A DNA stretch of 64,000 bases from Eledone cirrhosa (lineage: Eukaryota). Positions 1 through 21,650 of this stretch are shown piece after piece. The notes beneath the pieces are model-generated. The model was not told where the DNA came from. It did not search any database and saw only the letters and a list, made by a program, of their open reading frames with translations. Positions within the stretch are counted from its first letter, which is position 1. Every line of letters starts with the position of its first letter. The stretch spans positions 1-64,000 of the forward strand of contig CAXHJY010000313.1 of the NCBI GenBank assembly GCA_964016885.1. The letters are read 5' to 3'. The translations under genes were made by a program, and so were the position numbers.

Positions 1-357
1 TTTGCCTAGGCCTGCTTGGGGAGCATAGACCGAGATGATTGTCAGTAGTCTCCTACCTACAACTAATCTAAGCTTAATTATTCGATTACTAACTCGAACT
101 ACCTCTATTGTCTTATTGATCCATTTCTCAGCCAGGAAAATGCCTACTCCCCCTAACCCATCATCCTTACCTACCCAGAATAGCTTATAGCTAAGACGCT
201 TGCCTACGACTAGTCTCGCAGAGGCACCCCTCCATCTCACCTCTTGCACGCAGCACACATCCACCTGCCTTCTCTCCAGCATCTCCGCTATTTCAGCAGA
301 CCTACCTCTGAGAGTGCCAACATTAAGTGTTGCAACTCTGAGATGCGACGTCTTCAT
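1..357 (-). CDS. N-terminus of an RTE-clade LINE ORF (AP endonuclease), family C; runs off the window edge
   Basis: Manual translation from the ATG at 357: MKTSHLRVATLNVGTLRGRSAEIAEMLERRQVDVCCVQEVRWRGASARLVVGK...IISVYAPQAG. Collinear with the APE at 43531. Confidence 0.9.
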   Translation of the reverse strand, partial: MKTSHLRVATLNVGTLRGRSAEIAEMLERRQVDVCCVQEVRWRGASARLVVGKRLSYKLFWVGKDDGLGGVGIFLAEKWINKTIEVVRVSNRIIKLRLVVGRRLLTIISVYAPQAGLGK

Positions 358-547
358 ATTTTTTTCTATGCTGTTTTGTTGCTGTGCTGATAAGCTTTTT
401 GGCATTGATACACTGGTTGGATGCCCTTCTAACACCAGCGCCACTTTACAGCATGGACTGGGTGCTTTTATTTGTGCCACCAGCACTAGAGAGGATGTCT
501 TACTAGACTCAAGGGCCCTCTCTACCCCTCCATTTTACAGCATGGTC

Positions 548-550
<3 letters not shown>
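358..550 (-). mobile_element. Putative 5' UTR of RTE family C
   Basis: Directly upstream of the ATG. Contains AAAAGCACCCAGTCCATGCTGTAAAGTGGCGCTGGTGTTAGAAGGGCATCC on the minus strand, the same motif found in the 3' UTRs of families A and B. Confidence 0.6.

Positions 551-578
<28 letters not shown>
551..578. repeat. Poly(A) run
   Basis: About 28 consecutive A. Confidence 0.95.
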
Positions 579-581
<3 letters not shown>

Positions 582-721
582 TAACTTATTGACACGACTC
601 ACACACTAATACTCATGCATACAAACCACAACCACACATACCAACACTCATTCATGCATACAATCACACACACCACTCACAAACATATATATATATACAT
701 ATATTACCGACAGTACTGATA

Positions 722-768
722 CAAAATCAAAATCAAAGTCAAAATCAAAATCAAAATCGTCAAAATCA
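722..768. repeat. (CAAAAT)n-like hexamer repeat
   Basis: caaaatcaaaatcaaagtcaaaatcaaaatcaaaatcgtcaaaatc. Confidence 0.85.
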
Positions 769-773
769 CTATC

Positions 774-2094
<1,321 letters not shown>

Positions 2095-2095
2095 T

Positions 2096-2307
2096 TCTAG
2101 TCGATCGACTTTCGTCAAATCGGACCGAGGAAACTATGTTTCCGTTGGTCTTTCCAATTGCTAATACTATCTATCGGTCGCAACTCCAGGTAGAAGGAGC
2201 AACGTGAAATAAAGTGTCTTGCTCAAGGACATAACGCATCGCCTGGTTCAGGAATCGAACTCACAATTGTGAATCCAATACTCTAACCACTCAGCCACAC
2301 GCCTTCA
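2096..2307 (-). mobile_element. tRNA-derived SINE
   Basis: A-box TGGCTGAGTGG, B-box GTTCGATTCC, then TGTCCTTGAGCAAGACAC. Homologous to the SINE head at 27012. Confidence 0.85.
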
Positions 2308-9256
<6,949 letters not shown>

Positions 9257-10166
9257 TTGGGGAGGGTCATATTTGCGTAATATTGCCAGAATTAATAACA
9301 GAACACACTCACTGTTTGGTCGGTTTTCGCTTCTCGCTGTCTTTTATATATATATATCTGCGATCTAACTTACTCGGTCCTCAATGTTGCCATTGACTGA
9401 CCGGCGGTCAAAATAATACAGATACAATATAGACAAACACATATATATATAGTTTACATAAATCTTTCGTTGCACATCTGCAACATCGTCAGTGGTGTTA
9501 TATTCATTGTTCCTCCTGTTGTGTTGTATGTCTACGCCATTTTTTTTTTTTTTTGTTCAGTCTGTCTATATATTTATTTATTTATTTGCTTGTTTGTTTA
9601 TCTTATTTTATTTGTCTTCTTTGCGCATGCGTTTGCGTGTGTGTATAGTGTTATGTGTGATGTGTGACTAGTGTGTATAGTGTTGTGTCTGCTGGGTGAC
9701 TAGTGTGTGTTTATGTGCTTGTGTATGTATTTATTTATCTTATTTTATTTAATTTAATTTACTTATTTATTTATACTTCTCTTAGGTCAGTGTTGTTTGT
9801 TTGGGTGTTGTTGTTGTTCCACTCATTCTTTCTGTTTAGCTTTGGTCTTCTAATTTCTATTTCACTGGCCTCTCTGATTTGCCTATCTGCTGGGTCATTC
9901 CTATGTTTAGATATTATTCTAATTTCTATGTTGTCTATGTTACCGTCATGATGTTGTCTAGCATGTTCGTATAGTACTGACCCGTTTTTAGATCGCAGAT
10001 ATATATATATAAAAGACAGCGAGAAGCGAAAACCAACCAAACAGTGAGTGTGTTCTGTTATTAATTCTGGCAATATTACGCAAATATGACCCTCCCCAAA
10101 TATAACAATATCTGTTTCGACACACGATTTCATATAAAAAACCTCGCAAAACTAATTCATCGCCGC
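9257..10166 (-). mobile_element. PLE family 1b 3' fragment (minus, 9257-9989) fused head-to-head to an inverted copy of its own tail (plus, 9988-10166)
   Basis: Near-identical to 27985-28737. 9257-9368 is the reverse complement of 9988-10102. GIY-YIG C-terminus [14 protein letters not shown]...KLNRKNEW. Confidence 0.9.
9455..9497 (-). ncRNA. Hammerhead-like motif (weak stem I)
   Basis: ca CTGACGA t gttgca-gatg-tgcaac GAAA gatt TA tg. Same position in the pLTR as the 6828 HHR. Confidence 0.65.
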
Positions 10167-10188
10167 TATATATATATATATATACATA

Positions 10189-12695
10189 TAACTTTGAATA
10201 ACTTTGAAATGTTTTGGCCAGTATTGGCCCAGGCCATGTCTAACTTAATAGCACCACCTGGCGAAGTCTTTCAATTCAGGATTTGGGCACCATGGCCCAT
10301 TCGAGAAGAGAATTACTGTTTGCGGAGACATATCCGGGTGTGGGTGGTTTGTCCGGGATTACTTGGAGGAATTTGTCCAAAGACTTCTTGAATTTTGTGT
10401 GGTCAGTTTCTGTTTTGACGTGTCCTGGTGTGATGTTGAAGAGAGCAGGGCCGATTGAGGTGAAATAATTGTGCCGTATTGTTGTTATGAGTTGCGATTT
10501 AGATTTTTGAATGGGACGGATAGCACGGGGCCCAAGCCTTGGGTGTATCTTGAAGGCGATGCCAACATCATTTGGGCAGTGATGATGGAACATTTTCCAC
10601 ATCATGCAGATAATATAACGCTCACGGCGACGTTGGAGTGAGTAAAGTTCAGGTTTTCCAATCGACCCCAGTAGTCAAGGTCTGACATGCCATCTATCTT
10701 TTTCGTGATTGCCCTTTGAGGAGCTTCAAGTTTCATGATACTTTGTTTCGTGTGGGGAGACCACAGTGGACAACAGTATTCAAGGTGTGGTCGGGCGAAA
10801 GTAGAGAAGAGAAGGATAATGGTGCGGGAATCTCTCGACTGAAGGTTCTGAGGATCCAGGAACACATTCTGCGGGCCATGTCAACTTTGCTGCTTATATG
10901 CGTGGTCCAGCTTATGTTGCTGTCCACGGTTACTCCCAAGTCTCTGATGTTGTTAGATGCCACGAGAGTTTCCCCGGAGGGAAGGGAGTACGGGAGTTTC
11001 AGAGCATCCTCTTTTCCAAAGTGGATCAGTTCGAATTTGTCTTCGTTCAGTAACATGTTGTTCTTTTCTGCCCATTGGGTAACAGCCAGTAGGTCTGACT
11101 GAAGGCTTATCCGGTCATCCACGCCATTGATGACCTTTTGGAGCTTGGAATCATCAGCGAAAATTTTAATGTTGCTGTGTTTGATGATGTCAGTGATGTC
11201 ATTAATATAGATGATGAAGAGAAGTGGGCCCAACACAGTGCCTTGTGGGACTCCACTACTGACTTTGGCTGGGCTTGATTTGACTCCCTCAACTACAACA
11301 TGTTGGGTTCTGTTTGACAGGAAGCTCTTGATCCACTGCAGCAGCTTTCCAGTGACACCAATATTGGACAGCTTTCTCAGTAGAATGTTATGATCAACCC
11401 TGTCAAAGGCCTTGCTTGCTGAAATCAAGGTAGATAACATCAGTGTTGGAACCCTCTCCCAAGGCTCTCAAAATGTCATCAAAGTGATGCAGTAGTTGCG
11501 TCAGGCAATCCCTTCCATTACGGAATCCATGCTGGTTGGAGTTCAGCATATTGTTACTCTCAAGGAAGTGGGTCATTCGCGATCTCACCACTCGCTCAAA
11601 TACCTTAATGATATGAGAGGTGAGTGAGATTGGACGGTAATTCACGGCAAGGGATTTGTTTCCCTTTTTGAAAACTGGGACAACAGACTGGGATAGAAGG
11701 TTTTCTGGCACATATCCAGCATCCAGTGAGTTCCGCCACAGATTGGCAAGAGGAGAAGCAAGTTGGTGTTGACACGCCTTCAAGACACAAGCAGGGAACC
11801 TATCGGGACCTACTGCTGAATTATGCTTGATTTCCTTTATTGCCGCCAAGACATCAGGGGCGCCAAACGTTATGTCCGATAAGGTGTAATGGGGAGTAAC
11901 ATCGCCGATACAGCCCAGATCGGCCATATCAGGATTGCTGAAAACAGAGCAGTATTGTTTCTGCAGTATCTCACCCATGGTTTTAGCATTGTCTTGAAGA
12001 GTGCCATTTTCATCAATTAGAGGGCCAACAGTAGAGCCAGTGATTTTGTGTTTTTTTGCAAATGAAAAGAACACTTTGGGATTGAGTTTGATCTTCTCAA
12101 TGGCCCAGGCCTCTTCAGCTCTTCTCTGATTGTTGATGAGGGACATTATGTTGTTTTGGAGGTTATGTTTTTTAATCTCTAGTGATGAAATGGCAGTCAA
12201 GTTGATGTGTTGCTGCTGACAGTATTTCAGCTTGTTGATTTTTTTGTTCGTTCTCTTAATTTTTCTGATGAGCGTTTTTCTATTTCTAGGGATTCTGCTC
12301 TTAGATTTGTTTATAGTTCTTAATGGGGTGTGTTTAGCACATATGTTTGTAACAGTGTCCACAAATGTCTGCCAGGACTTTTTGATGTTAGTGGGTGTAT
12401 GAGTGTGCGTGAAGGACCAGTCGACATGTGCAAGATCATGACTGATCGCTTCCCAGTTTGCATTGTGGAAATCCATAGCGTCAAACGGATGGACAGGGAT
12501 GACATTGGGTTTGTATATTGGACGTGGAATCTCAGATCACAGAGAACCATGTCATGATCAGAGAGTAGAGTTTTCTCCACTGCAATATTGTGGATATTGT
12601 CAGTGTGATTGCTGAAAATTAAGTCTAGGACGTTTTTGTGGCACCTCGTTGGTTCGAGCACTAGTTGGGATAGGAAGAAATCATCCATGAAGTCA

Positions 12696-12696
<1 letters not shown>
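10189..12696 (-). pseudogene. CR1-group LINE, 5'-truncated, frameshifted ORF2 (end of EN plus RT)
   Basis: NYRPISLTS, YLDFSK/AFD, GVPQGTVLGPLLF, FADD, RPHLEY. Frameshifts near 10648, 10841, 11415 and 12495. Tail (TTCAAAGTTA)2. Confidence 0.92.
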
Positions 12697-14376
<1,680 letters not shown>

Positions 14377-17300
14377 TTGCCTGGTTGCCTTTCGATATAT
14401 GATGGATGGATGGACTGCGGAATCCTGGAGAGTGGAGGTGAGAGAGAAAAATCTGGACGCTCAGCGACAATGCCAAAGATAAAGACAAATTCACCTCTTG
14501 GACGAGAATGCGAGCACTCCTCATTGTTTCGACCGCGGACGATAACATAACCCCATCGCCCCCCGCCCCCCACCGCCCCCAACCCCCAAACGCAATCCAA
14601 AACTTCAGAGTTGGTACCATAAATGTAGGCACCTTAAAGGAAACGACGATGGGCTGGGTGGAGTAGGAATCATGGTAGCAGAAAAGTGGGCAGATAAGAT
14701 AATAGACGTAAATAGAGTGAACAACAGAATAATTAAAATACGACTTGTCCTTAATAGAACTACGGTGACAGTAATATCTGCGTACGCACCCCAATCCGGA
14801 CTGCCCGGCACTATAAAAGACAGATTCTATGAGACACTGATGCTAACTACCTCCCAAATATCCGACAGTGACTATATAATTATTGCAGGCGACCTAAATG
14901 GTCACGTTGGACAACATTGTGACGGCTACGACGAAATCCATGGAGGCTATGGGTTTGGTACTAGAAATGAGGAAGGCTCCAGAATCCTGGAATTCTGTGA
15001 TGCAAATAACCTTACTATCTGTAACACTAACTTCAAAAAACGTGACAATCACCTGATCACCTATAGATCCGGGGAACACACAAGCCAGGTAGATTATATC
15101 CTTACCAGAAGACGTGACAGAGTGTCTGTTGTAAACACTAAATCCCTCCCCCATGAAGAATGCACCTCCCAACATAGACTGATAATTAGCGACCTCATAG
15201 TCAGGACGAGACGTACTCGACAGCAGAAGAGGACTATCCTCAGGAGAAAAATATGGAAGCTAAAGGACCCCACAGCCAGGAATAAATTTCAAAGCATATT
15301 ACTTGATGCTTTCGACAGTAAGGAAGAACATTTAGAGTCGGACAATATAGAGGGAGAGTGGGAATTTCTGAAAGCAAACCTGCTGTTGGCGACAGACGAA
15401 GTCTGTGGCTGGAGCAGGCCTGTAGGCAGGAGGAGAGTAACATGGTGGTGGAACAGTAAGGTGGAGGGGTTAATTAAGGCCAAAAAGCAAGCTTGGAAAG
15501 TATGACGGGATGGGGGAAGTAGAGAAGACTATCAAGTGGCCAGGAGGGAAGCTAGGAGACAAGTGTACTTAGCAAGAAGGGAAGCTGAGGAAAGAAAGTT
15601 CAAGCATGTTCTACAACGCGATGACCAAAAACGTGAGGTGTTCAGGATTGCTAGACAATGCGTCAAGGAAAACCGTGATATTGTCGGGGAGAAGTGTGTA
15701 CTAAACGACGATGGCACACTTGCCATCACCGACGCTGATAAGAAGGTAGCTTGGAAGTGTCACTATGAAAGGCTACTAAATGAGGAGAATAAATGGGAGA
15801 AAGACAGTCTCCCCCATATCGACCCAATAGAGGGACCAGCAGTGTTAGTCGAGGGGAGTATAATAAGTAAGGCAATCAAGGATATGAAGACGGGTAAGGC
15901 GGCTGGGCCTTCGGAAATAGTTGCTGAGATGCTGAAGGCATCTGGCACGGTGGGACACACCATGGTCACCCGCATAGTTAACCAAGTCGTACAGAATGGG
16001 GTTGTTCCGAAGGACTGGCATAGCAGCATCATCGTTAACTGTTATAAGGGTAAAGGAGACGCCCTAGATAGGAGTAACTATAGAGGCATTAAATTAATCG
16101 ACCAGGTCATGAAGGTCACGGAAAAAGTAATAGCGCAACTAATCAGAGAGAGAATTGACCTAGATGAAATGCAGTTCGGGTTTGTGTCAGGCAAAAGTAC
16201 CACAGACGCTCTTTTCATAGTACGACAACTACAGGAGAAGTACCTAGCTAAAGGTAAACCCCTCTACTTAGCTTTTGTTGACTTGGAGAAAGCCTTCGAC
16301 AGAGTCCCCCGCTCCATTATCTGGTGGGCTCTTAGAAAACTAGGCGTTGACGAATGGCTTGTGAGGGCTATACAAGCCATGTATAAAGAAACAGTCAGCA
16401 TGGTTAGAATTAACAACGAATATAGTGAAGAGTTTAGCGTAAAAGTTGGCGTCCATCAGGGCTCTGTTCTCAGCCCCCTACTATTTATTATTGCCCTTCA
16501 GGCTATAACAGAGGAGTTCAAGACAGGCTGCCCATGGGAACTCCTATACGCAGACGACCTGACACTCATAGCGGAATCATAGCTCGAGAAGAAATTCCAA
16601 ACATGGAAGCACGGCCTAGAGTAAAAAGGACTTAAAATTAACCTGGCTAAGACCAAAGTTCTAGTTTGTAGGAAAGAAAACAAGGCGGCGGTCCCTTCTG
16701 GGAAATGGTCGTGCTCGTTGTGTAGGAAAGGCGTAGGTAGAAACTCCATTTTATGTCCTAAATGCAAAGTATGGGTGCATAAAAGATGTAGTGGGATCAC
16801 AGGTAAGCTAACTAAGAACATAGATTTTACATGTGGCCGGTGTTCTGGTGCAATAAGTAGCAGCAAGTGCCCACAAAATACTAGCTCTTTCAATTGCGCA
16901 GAGGGTTCTATAGAAATAGTGGACAGCTTCCGTTACCTGGGCGATAAAATCAGCAGTGGGGGAGGGTGCTCTGAAAGTACTGTAGCTAGAGTCAGAACTG
17001 GTTGGAAAAAGTTCAGAGAGCTTATACCACTATTAGCTGCTAAAGGGTTCTCCCTAAAAATGAAAGGCAGGTTGTACGATGCCTGCATACGAACAGCAAT
17101 GCTGCATGGCAGTGAGACCTGGGCATTGTGTGCAGAGGATATACGCAGACTAGAGAGGAACGAAGCTTGCATGCTCCGCTGGATGTGTAACAGTAATATA
17201 CGTGAACGGCAAAGCATAAACGAACTAAGGAAAAAATTAGAGATAAGAGGGATCAGATGTTGTTTACTCGAGAGAAGGCTACGTTGGTATGGACACGTGA

Positions 17301-17899
17301 TGAGCATGAAAGTCGATAGCTGTATAACAAAGTGCAGGGCAATAAAGATAGACGGTAGTCACGGAATAGGCAGACCTAGAAAAACCTGGGACGAGCTGAT
17401 AAACTCCGACATCACACACTTACACCTCTCCAAGACAATGTCACTGGACCGAGACCTTTGGCGGTACTCAGTAACAGAGAAGACCCGCCTTACCTAAATA
17501 TATAGTAAAACCTACTCCAGCCAGTAGGCATCTCTAACAAAATACACCCCGTCCCACCACCCCCACCCCACCCCATCCACACCACCCCGTTCTATGTAAA
17601 GTTATGTTGGTGCCGCGCCATCCAGGCCGAAACAAATGAGATCGTGTAGGTGTCACGACAAAAAAACACACAGTCCACGCTGTAATGTGGCCGTGTAGGC
17701 AACACGGTAAAAACCTCCAAGACCCACACTGTAAATGTTGTTGGTGTTAGGAAGGGCATCCAACTGTAGAAAACCTGCCAGACAGTCCTATGCGAGCAAG
17801 ACAATCACTCTTGCCTCAAGTGGCACCACCCCCGTCCAAACCCATGCAAGCGTGGAACACGGACGTTAAACGTTGATGATGATGATGATGATGATGATA
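14377..17899 (+). pseudogene. RTE LINE family A, near full length, disabled
   Basis: APE and RT motifs ([20 protein letters not shown]) plus PHD. Stops at 15503, 16580 and 16622. Deletion at about 14640 within the EN. Ends GGACGTTAAACGTT(GAT)n. Confidence 0.95.
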
Positions 17900-17952
17900 T
17901 ATATATATGTATATATATGTATATATATATATATACATATACATATATACAT

Positions 17953-17987
<35 letters not shown>

Positions 17988-17999
17988 CATATATATATG

Positions 18000-18030
<31 letters not shown>

Positions 18031-18109
18031 GTGTATATATATATGTATATATATGTATATATATATGTATATATATATGTATATATATGTATATATATGT
18101 ATATATATG

Positions 18110-18220
<111 letters not shown>

Positions 18221-18221
18221 G

Positions 18222-18467
18222 TAAAGTTATATTTAAAATTGTTGGGTTACAACTAGTAAATATTTATAACTGATATAAAAGCACTCGACAAATACTTGGA
18301 GTATATTTACAATATTAAATAAATGGAAAACTATATTTATAAAACCATATCTATTTCATTATATATATTTCGGGGATATCATATTAACAATATGCTATGC
18401 CTTCATCAGACAAAATACAATATAAACAGTTTTATAGATAAATATATTCGACATACCGTAATAAACG

Positions 18468-18468
<1 letters not shown>
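18222..18468 (-). mobile_element. TA-flanked non-coding island with a hammerhead (pLTR or retrozyme-like fragment)
   Basis: HHR at 18352-18417. No credible ORF. TA on both sides. Confidence 0.6.
18352..18417 (-). ncRNA. Type-I hammerhead motif
   Basis: tattttgt CTGATGA aggcatag-catatt-gtt-aatatg-atatcccc GAAA tatata TA atgaaata: stem I 8 bp including G-U pairs, palindromic stem III. Confidence 0.7.
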
Positions 18469-18549
<81 letters not shown>

Positions 18550-18574
18550 TGTGTATATATATATGTATATATAT

Positions 18575-19590
18575 GTATATATTAATGACATCACTGACAT
18601 CATCAAACACAGCAACATTAAAATTTTCGCTGATGATTCCAAGCTCCAAAAGGTCATCAATGGCGTGGATGACTGGATAAGCCTTCAGTCAGACCTACTG
18701 GCTGTTACCCAATGGGCAGAAAAGAACAACATGTTTCTGAACGAAGACAAATTCGAACTGATCCACTTTGGAAAAGAGGATGCTCTGAAACTCCCGTACT
18801 CCCTTCCCTCCGGGGAAACTCTCGTGGCATCTAACAACATCAGAGACTTGGGAGTAACCGTGGACAGCAACATAAGCTGGACCACGCATATAAGCAGCAA
18901 AGTTGACATGGCCCGCAGAATGTGTTCCTGGATCCTCAGAACCTTCCAGTCGAGAGATTCCCGCACCATTATCCTTCTCTTCTCTACTTTCGCCCGACCA
19001 CACCTTGAATACTGTTGTCCACTGTGGTCTCCCCACACGAAACAAAGTATCATGAAACTTGAAGCTCCTCAAAGGGCAATCACGAAAAAGATAGATGGCA
19101 TGTCAGACCTTGACTACTGGGGTCGATTGGAAAACCTGAAACTTTACTCACTCCAACGTCGCCGTGAGCGTTATATTATCTGCATGATGTGGAAAATGTT
19201 CCATCATCACTGCCCAAATGATGTTGGCATCGCCTTCAAGATACACCCAAGGCTTGGGCCCCGTGCTATCCGTCCCATTCAAAAATCTAAATCGCAACTC
19301 ATAACAACAATACGGCACAATTATTTCACCTCAATCGGCCCTGCTCTCTTCAACATCACACCAGGACACGTCAAAACAGAAACTGACCACACAAAATTCA
19401 AGAAGTCTTTGGACAAATTCCTCCAAGTAATCCCGGACAAACCACCCACACCCGGATATGTCTCCGCAAACAGTAATTCTCTTCTCGAATGGGCCATGGT
19501 GCCCAAATCCTGAATTGAAAGACTTCGCCAGGTGGTGCTATTAAGTTAGACATGGCCTGGGCCAATACTGGCCAAAACATTTCAAAGTTA
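18575..19590 (+). mobile_element. CR1-group LINE, 3' fragment with open RT C-terminal frame
   Basis: YINDITD...FADD...RPHLEY...WAMVPKS (stop at 19513). Near-identical to the 10189 copy. One TTCAAAGTTA tail unit. Confidence 0.93.
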
Positions 19591-19634
19591 TATGTATATA
19601 TATGTATATATATATATATATATGTATATATATG

Positions 19635-19723
<89 letters not shown>

Positions 19724-19754
19724 GTATGTATATATGTATATATATATGTATATA

Positions 19755-19821
<67 letters not shown>

Positions 19822-19922
19822 GTATATATATATGTATATATATATATATATGTATATATATATGTATATATATATGTATATATATATATATATGTATATA
19901 TATATGTATGTATATATATATG

Positions 19923-20015
<93 letters not shown>

Positions 20016-20028
20016 GTATATATATATG

Positions 20029-20059
<31 letters not shown>

Positions 20060-20060
20060 G

Positions 20061-20097
<37 letters not shown>

Positions 20098-20227
20098 GTA
20101 TATATATATGTATATATATATATGTATATATATATGTATATGTATATATATATGTATATATATATATGTATATATATATGTATATGTATATATATATGTA
20201 TATATATATATATGTATATATATATAT
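19591..20227. repeat. (TA)n microsatellite
   Basis: TG-interrupted TA. Confidence 0.98.
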
Positions 20228-20397
20228 GAGGTTGGTGTTAGGAAGGGCATCCAGCTGTAGAAATCAAGCCAGATCAGTTCCTGTATGAGCAAGGCATGGT
20301 CAGCCGACCAGACACTGCCCACAACAGGACAACCCGTCTAACCCATGCTAGCGTGGAAGAACGGACGTAAAACGGTGATGATGATGATGATGATGAT
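20226..20397 (+). mobile_element. RTE family B, 3'-terminal 170 bp
   Basis: Matches 46774-46939. (GAT)n tail. Confidence 0.92.
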
Positions 20398-20418
20398 ATA
20401 TATGTATATATATATATG

Positions 20419-20465
<47 letters not shown>

Positions 20466-20536
20466 GTATATATATATGTATATATATATGTATATATGTA
20501 TATATATATGTATATATATATATGTATATATATATA

Positions 20537-20928
20537 TTGCTTCCACCCTCTCACTGACCAGCAGCTGGCCAGTTGGTGATTGCTAAATCTGACCTTTATA
20601 AAATAACCCACACCCCAAATAACTTCTCATTCACTACCAGAAAGGGACACAGCAGTCAACCTGTTGTTGCTACCAAGATGAAAACTGCTATGAAATCCCA
20701 CAATGAATTTTATACTTGAATTTTCAAGTCTCAAATTTTAACTCTTCGTATTATTAATTTTTCTTAATATTAATCAACATTTGAAAAGATGGCTTTTGCA
20801 GACCCATCGAAACCGGTCATTTTTTATACCCTTTATTATTTCCTTACCTTATAAAATTATGTTTTTTCACAAAAAAGTATTCTGTCTCTTATATATTCCA
20901 TGTGCCATTACCAACCTCAATTTTCTCT
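20537..20928 (+). mobile_element. TA-flanked non-coding island with a variant hammerhead
   Basis: HHR at 20776-20823. TA on both sides. Confidence 0.6.
20776..20823 (+). ncRNA. Hammerhead motif with U3-A8 core variant
   Basis: aacat TTGAAAA gatgg-11nt-ccatc GAAA ccgg TC atttt. Stem I is weak (4 of 5 pairs). Confidence 0.62.
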
Positions 20929-21487
<559 letters not shown>

Positions 21488-21650
21488 GTATTAGTTATAC
21501 TATTTATGGTTATGTAAACGCAAAACCTAAAGCAGTTGTAAGTATTTTACACACACCCTAAATAGTGGTAGGCAGTAATGTATTACTACCTTATTACCAG
21601 TAAGTTAAGTAGCTCAATGTAAAAACATCAGATGATTTACAGAGCAGTTA

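Noticed and set aside
17546-17588. G-quadruplex-forming tract on the antisense strand of the RTE-A 3' UTR
   Set aside because: The C-runs are real but vary between copies, and there is no evidence of function from sequence alone.
21488-21650. Unique 160-bp segment next to the inverted PLE
   Set aside because: No HHR core, ORF or homology within the window. It cannot be assigned.
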